The notes: generated by a model from the sequence alone, not told the origin. Shown: positions 1 to 12,257, counted from the whole stretch's first letter. The stretch is 63,222 bases of DNA, filler included, from Bonamia ostreae (GCA_040357525.1; 26 parts of 26 records of this genome joined end to end with filler, not necessarily neighbours in it), one strand, 5' to 3'. Numbers and translations: made by a program.

Positions 1-1409
1 AATTGGTTCTGAGCGTTTTCGTTCGCATAAGTCAGAAAACTAAAGCTGTTCCATATTTTGCAGTAATTTCTAATCGAAGTTTCTATTGAGAATGCTTAAT
101 TTTAATTTATTTTTTCGTCAATTTTTTGAAAATTTAAATTAGAAACAATGATTTTTTCGAAAAGTTTTAATTAAAGGGGGAATCAGAAAATATTCAAAAT
201 TGTGCAGATAAATGTTTTGGCTGAATTTTAACAAATCCAGTTTTTCAGAATTAGTTGAAAGCAAATTCAGTATTTTTTCCACAAATCTTGTGTTGGAATA
301 TTTTGATAACGAATTCAATGTCGATTTGATAATTCTTTCATTTGTTGTTTCATCCGCTAAATTTCCAATTAATTTTTCAAAATTCTCGTAAAATTTTGCT
401 TTTTGAGATAAAATTTTTTTGACAATTTGCTAATTTTAATCTTTCAAAATTTTGGTTGCAATGTTCAATTTTTTAAAATTTTAATTAAAATTGGCAAATA
501 AAATAAAAAACTTTGAAAATTGTTCTTAAACATAAAATCAGAAAAATTGTCAAAATATTGTTGCAAAACGACTTTTTCGCAAATTTTTTTCATAAAAATT
601 TCAAAAATTAATGTTTCCTTAAAATTACATTTTTAAATTTGCCATTTTTTTTTAAACATTCAAAATAACATTAAAATTTTTAAAGACAAATAATTAAATT
701 GATAAAAATAATTTTTGAAACATTCAAAGTTTGAGAAAGATTTGCAAAAAAGATTTTAGCGAGAAAATCATGAAAATTTGTAAACTCAAAAAATTGCGAT
801 TTTTCAGTTTTAAGACAATTAGCACATAAATCTGGAAGCGAACACAAATTGTTTATCGCTAATTTGGCTAAATTTTATTTTAAAATAACTTTTAAACAAA
901 TCTTTGTTTTCTTTTAAATTTTTTTGCAAAAACGAAAAATCGATTTCCTTTAAAAATTTTTCAAGAACAAAAATAAGATATTTGGTCAAATTTTGCACAA
1001 ATCTGTTATTTTCTAATTTTTGATTTTCGTTTTTTAGAATTAAAAAATCGTTTAAAGTATTTTCACCGTTTTGGTTATAATTGGAATAATCGTATTTTTG
1101 TTTAAATTTTGATGGATTTGATCCACACAAATTTAAAAGATTACAAATTATTGCAATCGAATCAAATGGATAAATTTTAAGAATATTTAGCTTTTTAATG
1201 ATTATATTTTTTTCTTCGATGTTCTCTAAATCGACGTTTTTTAATTTTTGACTTGCAGTCAATACAAAATCCTCAAATGCATTTTGTGAACTAGAATTTT
1301 TAGTTCGGCTAAATTCAATTTGGGCTTTTTCTAAAATTTCGTAAATTTTGTTAAGATTTTCTGTCTCGTTAAGTGATTTTAAAAGCTCTTCAACGGAAAT
1401 CACTGACAT
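1..1409 (-). CDS. Hypothetical intron-containing protein, 3' truncated
   Basis: 196-aa first exon 819-1409 from an ATG; further exon-like segments towards the contig start; no recognised motif. Confidence 0.5.
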
Positions 1410-1490
1410 TATCCTAAATTTAATTATATAGTAAAACTATAAATTTTATTAGCTCACACGATTTATAGTGATTATATATAGTTGCATATA

Positions 1491-2319
1491 ATGTCGGTTC
1501 TCTCAAAAAAGATAAAAACGGCAAAAGATTTGGAAAAATTTAAAAAATCAGATATCAACAAAGATATCAAAAATTTCATCTCGGACATTTCTAAGCACTT
1601 AATCGATAAAGCTCAAATTAAAGAGTCCGAATATTCAAATATTTTAATGAATGTTCTAAATGACCTAAACAACTGGATCGACGAAATCCCTCCGATGAAG
1701 ATGGAAATGCGCTACGGCAACAAATCTTTTAGAAATTGGCACCAAAAATTAGAAAATGTTGAATTTTGAATTAATTTTAAAACATTTTGTTCTAACATGA
1801 CATTTAGGAATTTGATAATCTCTTTTCAAATTTTGCCTCGAAAAGTCATTTTTTGGAATTGAAAGGATATTTTAATGGTTCGTTCGGCAATCCGATAAGA
1901 TTGGATTATGGAACTGGCCACGAATTTTGCTTTTTTCTATTTTTACTTTGTTGCTACAGACTTAAAATTTTTTCGGAGGACGATTTTTCTTGTTTGGCTT
2001 TATCCATTTTTCCGTTGTTTTTAATTTGTTCGAGACTAAATTTTAAAATTGGGAAATGGTAAATTTAAGATATTTGGAGTTGGCAAGAAAATTACAGAAA
2101 GTGTATTCGTTGGAACCGGCGGGATCGAAAGGTGCTTGGGGGTTGGACGATTATCAGTTTTTGCCGTTTGTTTTTGGGGCGGCTCAATTAATCTGTTTTC
2201 CAAAATCAAATTTAGCCAAAAATAATGAAATTGTTCCGAACGATATAAACGATAAAGAGAAAATTCAAAAATATAAAAAGGAATATCTCTTCTTCTCTGC
2301 TGTTGATTTTATTAATTCT
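1491..2319 (+). CDS. PTPA: PP2A phosphotyrosyl phosphatase activator (PTPA/Rrd), 3' truncated
   Basis: Motifs RYGNKSFRNW, SFGNPIRLDYGTGHE, YSLEPAGSKGAWGLDDYQFLPF; GT-AG introns 1758-1807, 2017-2069 and probably 2195-2215. Confidence 0.95.
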
Positions 2320-2355
2320 GTTTTTTTAAATTGCTTTTGAACTGCAAAATTTGTT

Positions 2356-2455
2356 NNNNNNNNNNNNNNNNNNNNNNNNNNNNNNNNNNNNNNNNNNNNT
2401 TAATTAATTAANNNNNNNNNNNNNNNNNNNNNNNNNNNNNNNNNNNNNNNNNNNN
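2356..2455. other. Artificial contig spacer (N44-TTAATTAATTAA-N44), first of 25
   Basis: Identical 100-nt linker with stops in all six frames; also starts at 4809, 7262, 9710, 12158, 14606, 17051, 19493, 21935, 24376, 26817, 29255, 31690, 34124, 36556, 38988, 41418, 43847, 46274, 48700, 51124, 53548, 55969, 58389, 60808. Confidence 0.99.
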
Positions 2456-4808
2456 CACTAGCGGGGTTTGAACTCACGTCTTCCCGGTTACGAAGTGAAA
2501 AGATGCTCCATTAGTGTCAATTCATGTCACGTCCAAATAAACAAAGGCAGCTGTTTACTCGTAGATGTTGGAAAAATGTCATAAAATCGCTTATTTAAAA
2601 CAAGATGCGGGAATTCATATTTACTAGTCTATCGTAAATTCAATTTTTGTTTGCATCGTGCTCACTTTGAAAGTATAATTTTATAAAATAAAACGGAATA
2701 ATCAAAATGTATAAAATGCACGAAAATAATCAAAATTCTCGTTGTTAGATCGATAAACAAGCATAAGACTGGGATTAAACAATCACAGCTGCACGTACCG
2801 GATAGCGATACAGAGAAATGTATTATAAGACATCCTCCAGACAAGGTTATAGTTTATCAGATTGATATTTAAACAGCCATACGTGCCCTACAGATGCCAG
2901 TATTAAAGGTTCCATTCAGACTAACGTTTGTCACCTACCTATGGTATGAAAGAGTAGGAGGAGTCATGTACATCTCAGTTCAAGGTGACTCACGTGAGCG
3001 GTGTGACCTACAGGCCGTGTTGCTGTAGTTATTAAAGAAGTCATTGTTTTCCTATACGGTGCCTTAAACTATTGGTATAATTCTAGATTACGTTAATTTG
3101 TATACCCTTATAAACAATATTGCCCGTTAATCGTGGGGTCCCAACAAACATAAATGAACAAATATTGTGTGTTTGCTGCAATTGCTTTTACTATGCACTT
3201 TCAATGGTATCAGTTGGGAACGAATAAAACACTTAAATACTGCTCTTGCAAATAATATATCCTGCTGACAGCGGAAAAGATAAATTTACCTTTAACTTTA
3301 CAGCAAGTGATTATCATACATAATATGATGTAACTTAAGTTCAAGTAGAAATGATAGAATCATTACTTTTATTGGCACGAATATGGGATTGGGAAATTCC
3401 ACCGTGGGGACAATTACAAGGCTCCAGATTGTGGAGTCCTAGACAACGAATTTTGTTCCAGAGGTGAAATTATCCTATACCGCACGAGCACATAATGAAG
3501 GATGTGTAGGGTATCCGAGTCACACAGGTGACCCATTCAAATCTGCCCCCAGTCACCGGTCGGTGTCTATCGTTTGTCGTTCGTAAACTTTGGAACATTT
3601 CTTACTTCTAAAACCACTATCAAGTTCACAGCGGCTTTGAGTAAAAGGTGGACTAACGTGGTGAAATTTGTATCTCCAGATTACATTGGCCCTAATGCCT
3701 GGGGCCCAAAAATAAAATGCCCCCCCCCCCTCCCCCAAAATGGTGTAATTTCTAATGGTTTTGTTTACTGTGAGGTGTCTACATGTACATGACATTGTAT
3801 GCATTGTTCTGAAAGGCAAGGGTACATCTATAATGTACGCTTAAATAGCGAAAACGCATTGCTTAAAATCACATACTGAGATCATAACAATAGTAAGCAG
3901 ATAACCCTCTACTGAAATTCATGACCCCCTAGATCTACAATTAGGCTAGGGATTTATATTCTTAAAGTAAAAATATTTCATTTCTTTAAAATTCTTCCTC
4001 TTCTGACATGGAACCGAACAACCGAATACATAATGATAATAAACAAGGAGGTCTCTCTTCAAATTGACACCAGAGACTCTGGGCCAGGGCTGTGTGGGTA
4101 ATATAATAAAAAGGCATCACCATATATTTAATGAGCTTTTTCTTTACTGTTATCCAGTTAACACAGACACTGAGTGATCATAAGCTTGGAGGTTTCTGCC
4201 AAACATGTGAAATACATGGCTTCTGTGTTGGGGACTTAGCTGAACACCAAGCACCTTATCATAACCGCCACTGTCAAAGTTTGGTTGGTGGGTAATAACT
4301 TTCTAATAGAGGGACATAAAAAGTACCTCAATGCCTGAGGTTATTACAGTACTATAGTACCATAACAAATAAACGAGGTCAATGATGAGATGAAAACAGA
4401 ATCAGTATTTGTAATTCATTTGCTTTGAGGTACATGACCCAAGTAGATCATCAAATTTAATCGGTCTCTCGTATTATAACGTTCAGTAATAAACTCGTAG
4501 ACAATGAATAGAAATAGTTTTTTAAAACGTTTATGTGAGAACTATTCATAAAGTAAAAATAAAATCCTGTCAATACATTTAGGTTACACCAAATATTGAT
4601 ATGTAAGCAACAACAAATATTTATTTGTTCTTCCAAAGAGTAAACTATTTGTTTTTTCCAAAATGTAAACAAGAAGAAAATAAAGAAGTAAAAAATGAAA
4701 ATTGAAGAAAAAAAATATACATGAAACCGAAATACTATGCATAAAGAAAACTATAAAAATAAGGCATGTTTTAGAAATGCATATGCCCCACGTGAGGCAA
4801 TATTAAAA
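2456..4808. other. Gene-less contig, probable host/animal DNA
   Basis: No credible ORFs or micro-intron gene structure; composition differs from the protist contigs; B-box-like GGGTTTGAACTC at the start. Confidence 0.65.
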
Positions 4809-4908
4809 NNNNNNNNNNNNNNNNNNNNNNNNNNNNNNNNNNNNNNNNNNNNTTAATTAATTAANNNNNNNNNNNNNNNNNNNNNNNNNNNNNNNNNNNN
4901 NNNNNNNN

Positions 4909-5160
4909 TTGTGTTTGCTGTAGTTTCTGCACTAATGGTGCGATCTGAATCAAAATTTATTACATTTCTTTGTTTTATTTTCAAAGTCCAAAGAGACTTT
5001 AGTTTTTGAGACAATTCGATGGCCTTATTTTGGTCGTAACCGATTTTTTCGAGGTCTTTTTGCGTTTTTTCTATAACGTCTTTTATTACAGTTTTGTACT
5101 ATTCTTTAATTTAATAACTATTCTTGTTGCTTCTTTCGAAGTGCTGTTTATTGAGCTCAT
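4909..5160 (-). CDS. GTF2A1: TFIIA large subunit (alpha/beta), N-terminal part
   Basis: Spliced MSSINSTSKEATRI|YKTVIKDVIEKTQKDLEKIGYDQNKAIELSQKLKSLWTLKIKQRN|IAPL resembles the Toa1 N-terminal helices (YxxVIxDVI...LKxLW); introns 5099-5118 (20 nt) and 4945-4963 (19 nt); absent from ORF track. Confidence 0.75.
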
Positions 5161-5288
5161 TGCGGATTGCTTTAAGCTTTAATTTATATTTTATGAATTC
5201 TCGATATAGTTTTGATATGAACATTTTTTCCGGAGATTAAAGAAAAATGGTTGAAAACTATTAAAAAAACTGTAAAAGCTCAAAATAT

Positions 5289-5563
5289 TTAATGTTTTGA
5301 GGAAATATATTCTGCTTCTGACGGCTTTTTGTAAAATATATGAAAACTTTTATCAAAGTGCGAAAGCTTAAATTAAATAATGAAACAAAAGTCCTATCGC
5401 GTCAATTAAAGTGTAAAAGCTTTTTTGAAGCTTTTCATAACAACTATCTCCGCCTCTAACGATCCGGCCTTTTATTATATTAAAAAGCTTAATATGTACC
5501 ATTCCGTAATCTCACTTCATTTGTTGTTTTTCTATTACGCAACTCGTCTGGATAATTAGACAT
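5289..5563 (-). CDS. Selenoprotein K/G-like small membrane protein (66 aa)
   Basis: GT-AG introns 5469-5499, 5367-5386 and 5325-5347 give a 201-nt CDS: MSNYPDELRNRKTTNEVRLRNGRIVRGGDSCYEKLQKSFYTLIDAIGLFFRTLIKPSEAEYISSKH; NGxIV and LFFxTLI motifs. Confidence 0.6.
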
Positions 5564-5661
5564 TATAAAAATTATCGACTTTTCTATAAAAAGAACAGAA
5601 ATTAATTATATATACAAAATATTTAACAATTTAAAGCTCTTGCTAAATTTTAGATTCCCAA

Positions 5662-5969
5662 ATGGTAATCAATTTATAAACCAATAGACCAAAAGAACGA
5701 AGAAAGTTGGAATAACAGGTAAATACGGCACTCGATACGGATCTTCCCTGAGAAAGCGCATCAAGAAAATCGAAATTTCACAACATCAAAAATACTGCTG
5801 CATTTTTTGCGGCAAGGTGGCCGTAAAGCGCTCCGCCGTTGGAATCTGGAAATGCAAACGGTGCAATAAAACAGTTGCGGGAGGCGCATATTCTTTTTCT
5901 ACTGAATCTGCGACGACCGTCAAAAACACTATTAGACGTCTTCGAGATCTAGCGAATATTAAAAACTAA
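5662..5969 (+). CDS. RPL37A: 60S ribosomal protein eL43 (L37a)
   Basis: ATG, 23-nt intron 5665-5687, then [23 protein letters not shown]...CIFCGK...GIWKCKRC...AGGAY; absent from ORF track. Confidence 0.98.
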
Positions 5970-6049
5970 TAAGTGCACTTTTGTAATATTGATTTTTGAA
6001 ATAAAATTTCGTAAACTTCAAAAATTTCGAAATGCAATTTTAAAATCAT

Positions 6050-7160
6050 TTATTGTGTTTTCTTGTTGTCTTTTTTGCGCTCTTTCTTTTCGTAATCACT
6101 ATCTTCATATTCGAGTTTAGCTGGAAATGTCATCGACTTTCTTAATCGAATTTGTGAAAATCGCAAAAATTTGTAATATCGTTTTATTTTTGGTTCTTGT
6201 AAATTTTGTAAAAAAATTAGCAAAAATAATATTTTTACAAAATTGCAAATAAAATCAGCAAAAATATGTAATAAAATTAACAAAAAAAAGCAAATTATTA
6301 TTTTAAAATGTTACCAAAAATCAGCAAAAGACAGAAAAAATAAAATAATCAAAAATATTATTTTAACAAAATTGCTAATAAAATCAGCAAAAAACAGAAA
6401 AAAAAACCAAAAATCAGCAAAAGACAGAAAAAATAAAATAATCAAAAATATTATTTTAACNNNNNNNNNNNNNNNNNNNNNNNNNNNNNNNNNNNNNNNN
6501 NNNNNNNNNNNNNNNNNNNNNNNNNNNNNNNNNNNNNNNNNNNNNNNNNNNNNNNNNNNNAAAATTGCTAATAAAATCAGCAAAAAACAGAAAAAAAAAC
6601 AACCAAAAATCAGCAAAAGATAGAAAAAAAATAAAATGGCAATAAAAAAATTGCCAAAATTGTAAAACAATAAAAATATTCAAATTGCTAAATTTAAACT
6701 TTTTTTATGCCCAAAATAATCTTTTAATTTACTATCGACAATTTTGACCAATTTTTCTTTATATTCGTTATCCAAAAACGGTTTATATTTCGCCGGAAGA
6801 TTTTTGTTGTTGTTTAATAACGCAATCAAATTAAGCATTTTTATATCGTTTAGCAATTTTCTCTTTAAAAATTTGCAATTTCGTAAAATCGGCAAAAAAT
6901 TACAAAACGTTCGTTACGACGCCATCGATAACAATTATCTCTTTTTGAGCAATGTACAAAGCCTCAATCATCTTGTTTTTCTTGATTTTGTTAACCATTT
7001 TTAATATTTGGACATAAAAAAGCAACAAATTTTTTTCGCCTAATTTTTCCAATTTTGTAATTGCGTCGTACGACTTATTGAACCTTTTCTTTCTTAAATT
7101 TTCTGTTATTTCGTTTCTTTCTTTTAACGTGTTTTTTGTTTTTTCTGGAACTTTAAAGAT
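6050..7160 (-). CDS. CTLH/CRA-domain protein (GID complex-like), partial
   Basis: LLLFYVQILKMVNKIKKNKMIEALYIAQKE...LIALL...YKPFLD...LVKIVDSKLKDYFG pattern; exon limits approximate. Confidence 0.5.
6230..6630. repeat. Intronic AT-rich tandem repeat with an internal N gap
   Basis: Recurring aaaatcagcaaaa(g/a)acagaaaaaa...ttattttaacaaaattgcta units. Confidence 0.8.
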
Positions 7161-7405
7161 TCAAAATTGGCTGTTTTGACAAAAAAAATTTCTGAACATT
7201 AAAGACAAAATGGATTTTTTTAATAAAAAAATCTGAAATATAAATCACAAAATCCGTAATTNNNNNNNNNNNNNNNNNNNNNNNNNNNNNNNNNNNNNNN
7301 NNNNNTTAATTAATTAANNNNNNNNNNNNNNNNNNNNNNNNNNNNNNNNNNNNNNNNNNNNAAAATTTTGAAACGTTTTAAATACAAAAAATTGTCGAAA
7401 ACAAA

Positions 7406-9428
7406 CAAGTTTCTCCCATTCGTAAAACGGAATGTGCAACGAGTACAGTCCATGGCGCTCAATGATGTGGTTTCTGAACATATAAGATCCCAACATCCGT
7501 CTTTTGTCGTCGAGTCGAGTGTACCAGCTCTTTGAAGCCGGTTCCACGCTGAACGGCGGATTCCTTCTATCCAAAGACCAGAGCCACCATCCGTTGATTC
7601 CCATCGTCAGCGGGTTCTGCTTTCGCATCATTGTCGTTATGTGCGCTTTCACGACGTCTCTGGCCATCGGGTCCAAAAACGGCGGAGAGTACATTTCGGC
7701 GCGACCGCTCTTGAACAGAAACAGAGCCTTTTCTCTCAAGTCGTTTGGGATCAGTCCTTTAAACCGGTCATCCTGGAAAAGTATGTTTATCGCTGTTGTG
7801 AACCGACATAATTGAAGCTTTAAATTATTTTTGCAATTTGTTGTTTTGCAGCTTTAAATTGAAGCTAAAATTATTTTTTTATAATTGTTTTTTGGGCAAA
7901 AAAAGATTTTTGTTGTTTAAAGATTAGACTTATTGCAAAATGGACCATGGACGAAAGAGGCACGAAAGGTTTCGGCTTCCACATTTTGCCGATTTCTCTG
8001 CAAAGATGCCAACACATGTCTCTCCGCTGATTTTGGATTTTGGTGCCGATGATGGCGCCGTAGGAAAGCTGGATCAATTGTGTTGGCGTAAGTTCTTTTA
8101 AAGTTCTCGGGTGGCTCTCTATTACAGATCTTTCGACGTTTTTATAAAGTTTTGGGGATTTTATTCCTAAAATTTTGATTTGTGTTAAAAACTCAATTCT
8201 TCGAAAGAATAAAAAATATCGGAAATTTGGCCCATTGAAAACTGTGAAAGTTTGCTTTCAACTTTAGCTACCAGTTTGTTTATTATTGAAGCAGGCCGAG
8301 CTCCCATTTTAGCAAAGCTCCAAAAAATGTCTGCTAATTGGGTCGAAGTCAAATATGGAATTTTCTATTTTTTCGAATATAAAAAATAAAAAATTGAGAC
8401 ATAAAAAATTGAGACATAAAAAATAAAAAATTGCGATCTAAAAAATAAAAAATTGAGAACTAAAAAATAAAAAATTGAGAACTAAAAAATTTAATGAAAA
8501 TTTTATTTTTGAAAATAATAAAATTTCGAAAGTTGATAAAAAATTAAAATTACATTTTTGATATCTTCAACGATTTCTTCTAACAAAGAATCCAATTTTT
8601 TCGAGTTAATGAACGCGAATTGTTTAATTTGCCCCAATTGCAGAAAAACTTCCAAAGTTCGCCTCATTGACTCGCATCCTTTAAAGAGAGAAATTTAGAG
8701 TTAAAGAACTGTCCGAGAGCACAGAATTGGGATTCAGCCAATCGTTTCTCAGAATTTCGACCAAATCATCGCCCGATTTTGCTTTTGACACTTTTTCAAA
8801 AGTTTTGTCTATCATCAAGTTGAAGCGATCCTGCACCGACAAAACTTGGCCGTCTTTGGGCGATTTGGACGAAACCGACTTGAACAAAAAATTTTCGTGG
8901 GCTTCTTGCAGCGGTTTCGGCGGGAAAATTATTCTTAAGTTGAAATCAACAAACGGCTTTTTTCTGAACGGAGAGACGATCTTGGTTTCTTTGAAACTCG
9001 GAATGCTCGCTGGCAGATCTTCGTTTCTTTGTTTTTCGACTAAAATAAAACTCTGGAAGGCGAAGGTGATTTTCAGGACGGACGATCGTTGGGTCCAAAA
9101 GGGATTTTTTGAATTCCAAAAAGTCTTCATTTCTTCTGTTGAAGATTATTTCTGATTTTAGTGCGGAGTCTTTCAATGCTTTTCCGCCATAAATTTTTTT
9201 GACAAAGTTTTTATCGGTGAATTCGTAGGAATGTCCGACTTCGTCGTTTTCGCGTTTTATTATTTTCGTTTTATTATTGTTTTCTTCAATCTTGTTCGGA
9301 TCGGATTTTGTGCTTTGTTTATTTTTGTTCGTACTTTCTAAAAGTTTGTTCCAGAAATGTTTTTTGGGTCTATAAATTGGGAATAATATGTTTATTGGCG
9401 ATTTTCCATTATTTTTTAGTAAAAACAT
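7406..9428 (-). CDS. RAP-domain / FASTK-like organellar RNA-binding protein
   Basis: Helical repeats (QLADIFWSFAKMG) and C-terminal RAP-like LGSYMFRNHIIERHGLYSLHIPFYEWEKL; at least 5 GT-AG introns, e.g. 9027-9051. Confidence 0.75.
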
Positions 9429-9445
9429 CGCGGATTGTTCTTAAA

Positions 9446-9647
9446 ATGCTTAAAAAATGTCTAGTTTTTGATTCTAGAGTTTTTTCGAGCAATTTGCCCA
9501 ATTTTAAGAAATTTGCCAAATTTGCGACGCGGACGATAATTTCTGTTTCCAGGTCAAAAGAACTGGTTAAGAATTCTAGGAACAAAGCTGTTTATGACGT
9601 GCTAAATTGTTCTGAGAAACCTGTCGTGAGTCTTGAAGAATTTTACG
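9446..9647 (+). CDS. First exon of a probable mitochondrial protein (weakly PDK/BCKDK-like)
   Basis: Basic presequence-like N-terminus, then KPVVSLEEFY followed by a GTTT donor. Confidence 0.4.
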
Positions 9648-9846
9648 TTTAAATTTTACTTCAATAACGATATTCCATTTTTAATAAATCCATTTTTAAT
9701 CAATAATGANNNNNNNNNNNNNNNNNNNNNNNNNNNNNNNNNNNNNNNNNNNNTTAATTAATTAANNNNNNNNNNNNNNNNNNNNNNNNNNNNNNNNNNN
9801 NNNNNNNNNAAATCATTTTAAAATTATTTGTTAAAATATAACAAAC

Positions 9847-11159
9847 TTTGTGTCCGTTCAAATCTAGAGCTTTTCTGCAATTTTCTTTTGAATCGAAAGT
9901 GATCCAAGCGAAACGATTCATATCATATTTTGCAATCGGCTCCGAAATGCAAATTTTGATAAAACCGTCTTGTTTCCCAAAGACGTCGACGAGTTGTTTC
10001 CGCGTCACTTTGAGAGGCAAAGTCGACACAAAAACAGCGTTCTCGTCGAATTCAAAACTGTTTTCGCTTTTTAGTCGTTCGTTCCGTTTTTTCGCGAGAT
10101 TTTTGCCGAGATTCGACAAATTCTTTTCGAAGCTTTTCGAAAAGAGAAATGGATTTAATGTTTTTTCTTCGCTCTCTAACAAATTTTTGCCACTTTTCTC
10201 TTTTGCTTTTTCAAGTTCGTTTTTCTTTTGTTCCAAATTTTTCTTTTGTTCCAAAGTTTCGTTTTGTTCCAAATTTTCGTTTTGATTATTATCTGTAATT
10301 TTTTCCCGTTCTTCAAAAAGTCTCTTTTTCAACTGATTGATCAAATATTCTTCATCTTTTTGTTCCTCATTTTTCGGAAAATTGAGTTCAGAAAAAATTT
10401 TTTCGTACAACAAAAATGAAGAACGATCGTTATTCAAATCAAATTTTTCTACAAATTTTTCAAAGTTTTTGTTTGAAACAGCGCCTTCCAATTCCTCGAA
10501 AAAACTTTTTGCGTTTTTCTGCGCTAATTTCAAATTTCGCTGGTAACAGAGATTTTGTCCGATCGGATTGTACTTTTCCAAAAACCATTCTTCGTCTTTG
10601 TGTCGATTGAAGAAGATTTGGTTGTTTGTCAGTTTGTATTCTTTTTTGTACTGTTGATACAGTTGCTGCGCTTCTTCTGGAGTGATGTCGTCTTTTTGTT
10701 TCGACAAAAATTCCTTTCGGAGTAAAATTGTTGAGAAACTTTGTAGCTCAAAAAATCGCTTTTTCGAGGCGAAGAGCGGTCGTCTTCAGAATCGAAAGAA
10801 TGTTTTCTGTGGGATCTGTTGTTTTGTCTAGCGGAAGGTTTTCTGAAATTGTTTTCTCCAAAATCGTTTGAGCGTGAGCGGGATCTGTTGTTTCCGGAGT
10901 CTCTTTTGACGTAAGAATGGTTGTATCGCCGTTTCTTGTTGTGGCCCTCATAACGCTTTGAAGGAATTGAATAACCGCCTCTTTTTTGAGGGGATTCGGG
11001 GAAATTTGAAGGAGAGGAGGACATTTGCAAAACGGGCGAAACAGAAAAGTCTTTTTTTATTTTTGCTGATCGACTTTTTTCGTTGTTTCTAAACGGCGAA
11101 AGGGATGAGCTGGAAGAACTGAAAGAACGTTTTCTGCCTTTTAAAAAATCTGAAGACAT
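9847..11159 (-). CDS. SRRT: SERRATE/Ars2 homolog, 3' truncated
   Basis: RS-rich N-terminus; SYK|EFL across a 26-nt intron at 10714-10739; FFNRHKDEEWFLEKYNP; RRM with RFAWITF. Confidence 0.92.
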
Positions 11160-12257
11160 TTTCCGGTGTTTTAGAAATATTGATATTAATGTAAAACGAT
11201 ATACTTATATTTATCCAGAGCTTTATAATTTATCCAAAGAAGTGTTACAGCTCAAATTCGTTTTTGATGTTATTGTAAATATTTCTTCTGAAATAATTTT
11301 TACGTTTATCATTTTTTGCATTTCTTATTTAATTCTTTCTCTCTTTTCGTTACGTTCCATTCATTTTTGCAGAAATGCAATTCCATTCATTAGTACATAT
11401 TCCATTCATTTTGTCCATATTATCTCCAACAAAGATACATGCACCATCTCTCTGAAACTGGCTTCGCATTCTGTTTTTTATTTTCTTTTTAAATTTTGTT
11501 TATTTTTCTCGGGAAACTGAATGGAACTTAAAGAGTGTCTTCTTTCAAATTTGAGAATCGATCATTGGATTTCATCTTGTTGCTTCCGCGAAAATTTGTA
11601 TTTTTCGATTTTTTTTTTGATTTTTCTCTTTGTGGCAATCTTGTTTTTCTTGTTTGTCTAATAGGTAACCACAGATTGCAAAAGTTTTTTTTGCATCGCT
11701 CCATTTTTCAATCTTTTATCTTTTTCTTCATTGTTTCAATTTTGAGAAGATCTAGTAGCTTTGTTCTTCCCGTTTGCATCGTTCCCCTTTCAGAAAACCT
11801 GTTCTAGAGCACTCTGAGGTGAAGAGAACCTTGTGAATGTCTATGCGACAGCTTGTGGGTTGAAGAAGGCGTCCCTTCTTCGTAAGAGTCTTGATATTCT
11901 TTCACGTACTCCTATTGGGGGAACACTCATTGAGAGCAATATAGTTACTGGGCATATCCCAAATGAAACAGATAACAAAATTTAGTTATCGGTTTTATGG
12001 GTTGCTTAAAATATTTTAAATATTGGATCAATGGATAACAGATCAATTTATTTTTATGAGAAAAACTTCCCAAAACGAAAGATATCAAAATTATTTATTT
12101 TGTGGGATCAAATTTTATTTGCGAAAATTGCGAAGATATTCCTTTTTCGAAGACATGNNNNNNNNNNNNNNNNNNNNNNNNNNNNNNNNNNNNNNNNNNN
12201 NTTAATTAATTAANNNNNNNNNNNNNNNNNNNNNNNNNNNNNNNNNNNNNNNNNNNN

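Noticed and set aside
2456-2505. tRNA gene
   Set aside because: Only a B-box-like fragment at the contig edge with no cloverleaf; at most a SINE remnant.
4909-5160. Stand-alone split TFIIA-alpha gene
   Set aside because: A 19-nt intron keeps the frame open to the contig edge, so the gene is simply truncated by the assembly.
6243-6683. ORFs spanning repeats and N runs (also 35047-35418)
   Set aside because: Translations of low-complexity intronic repeats and assembly gaps.
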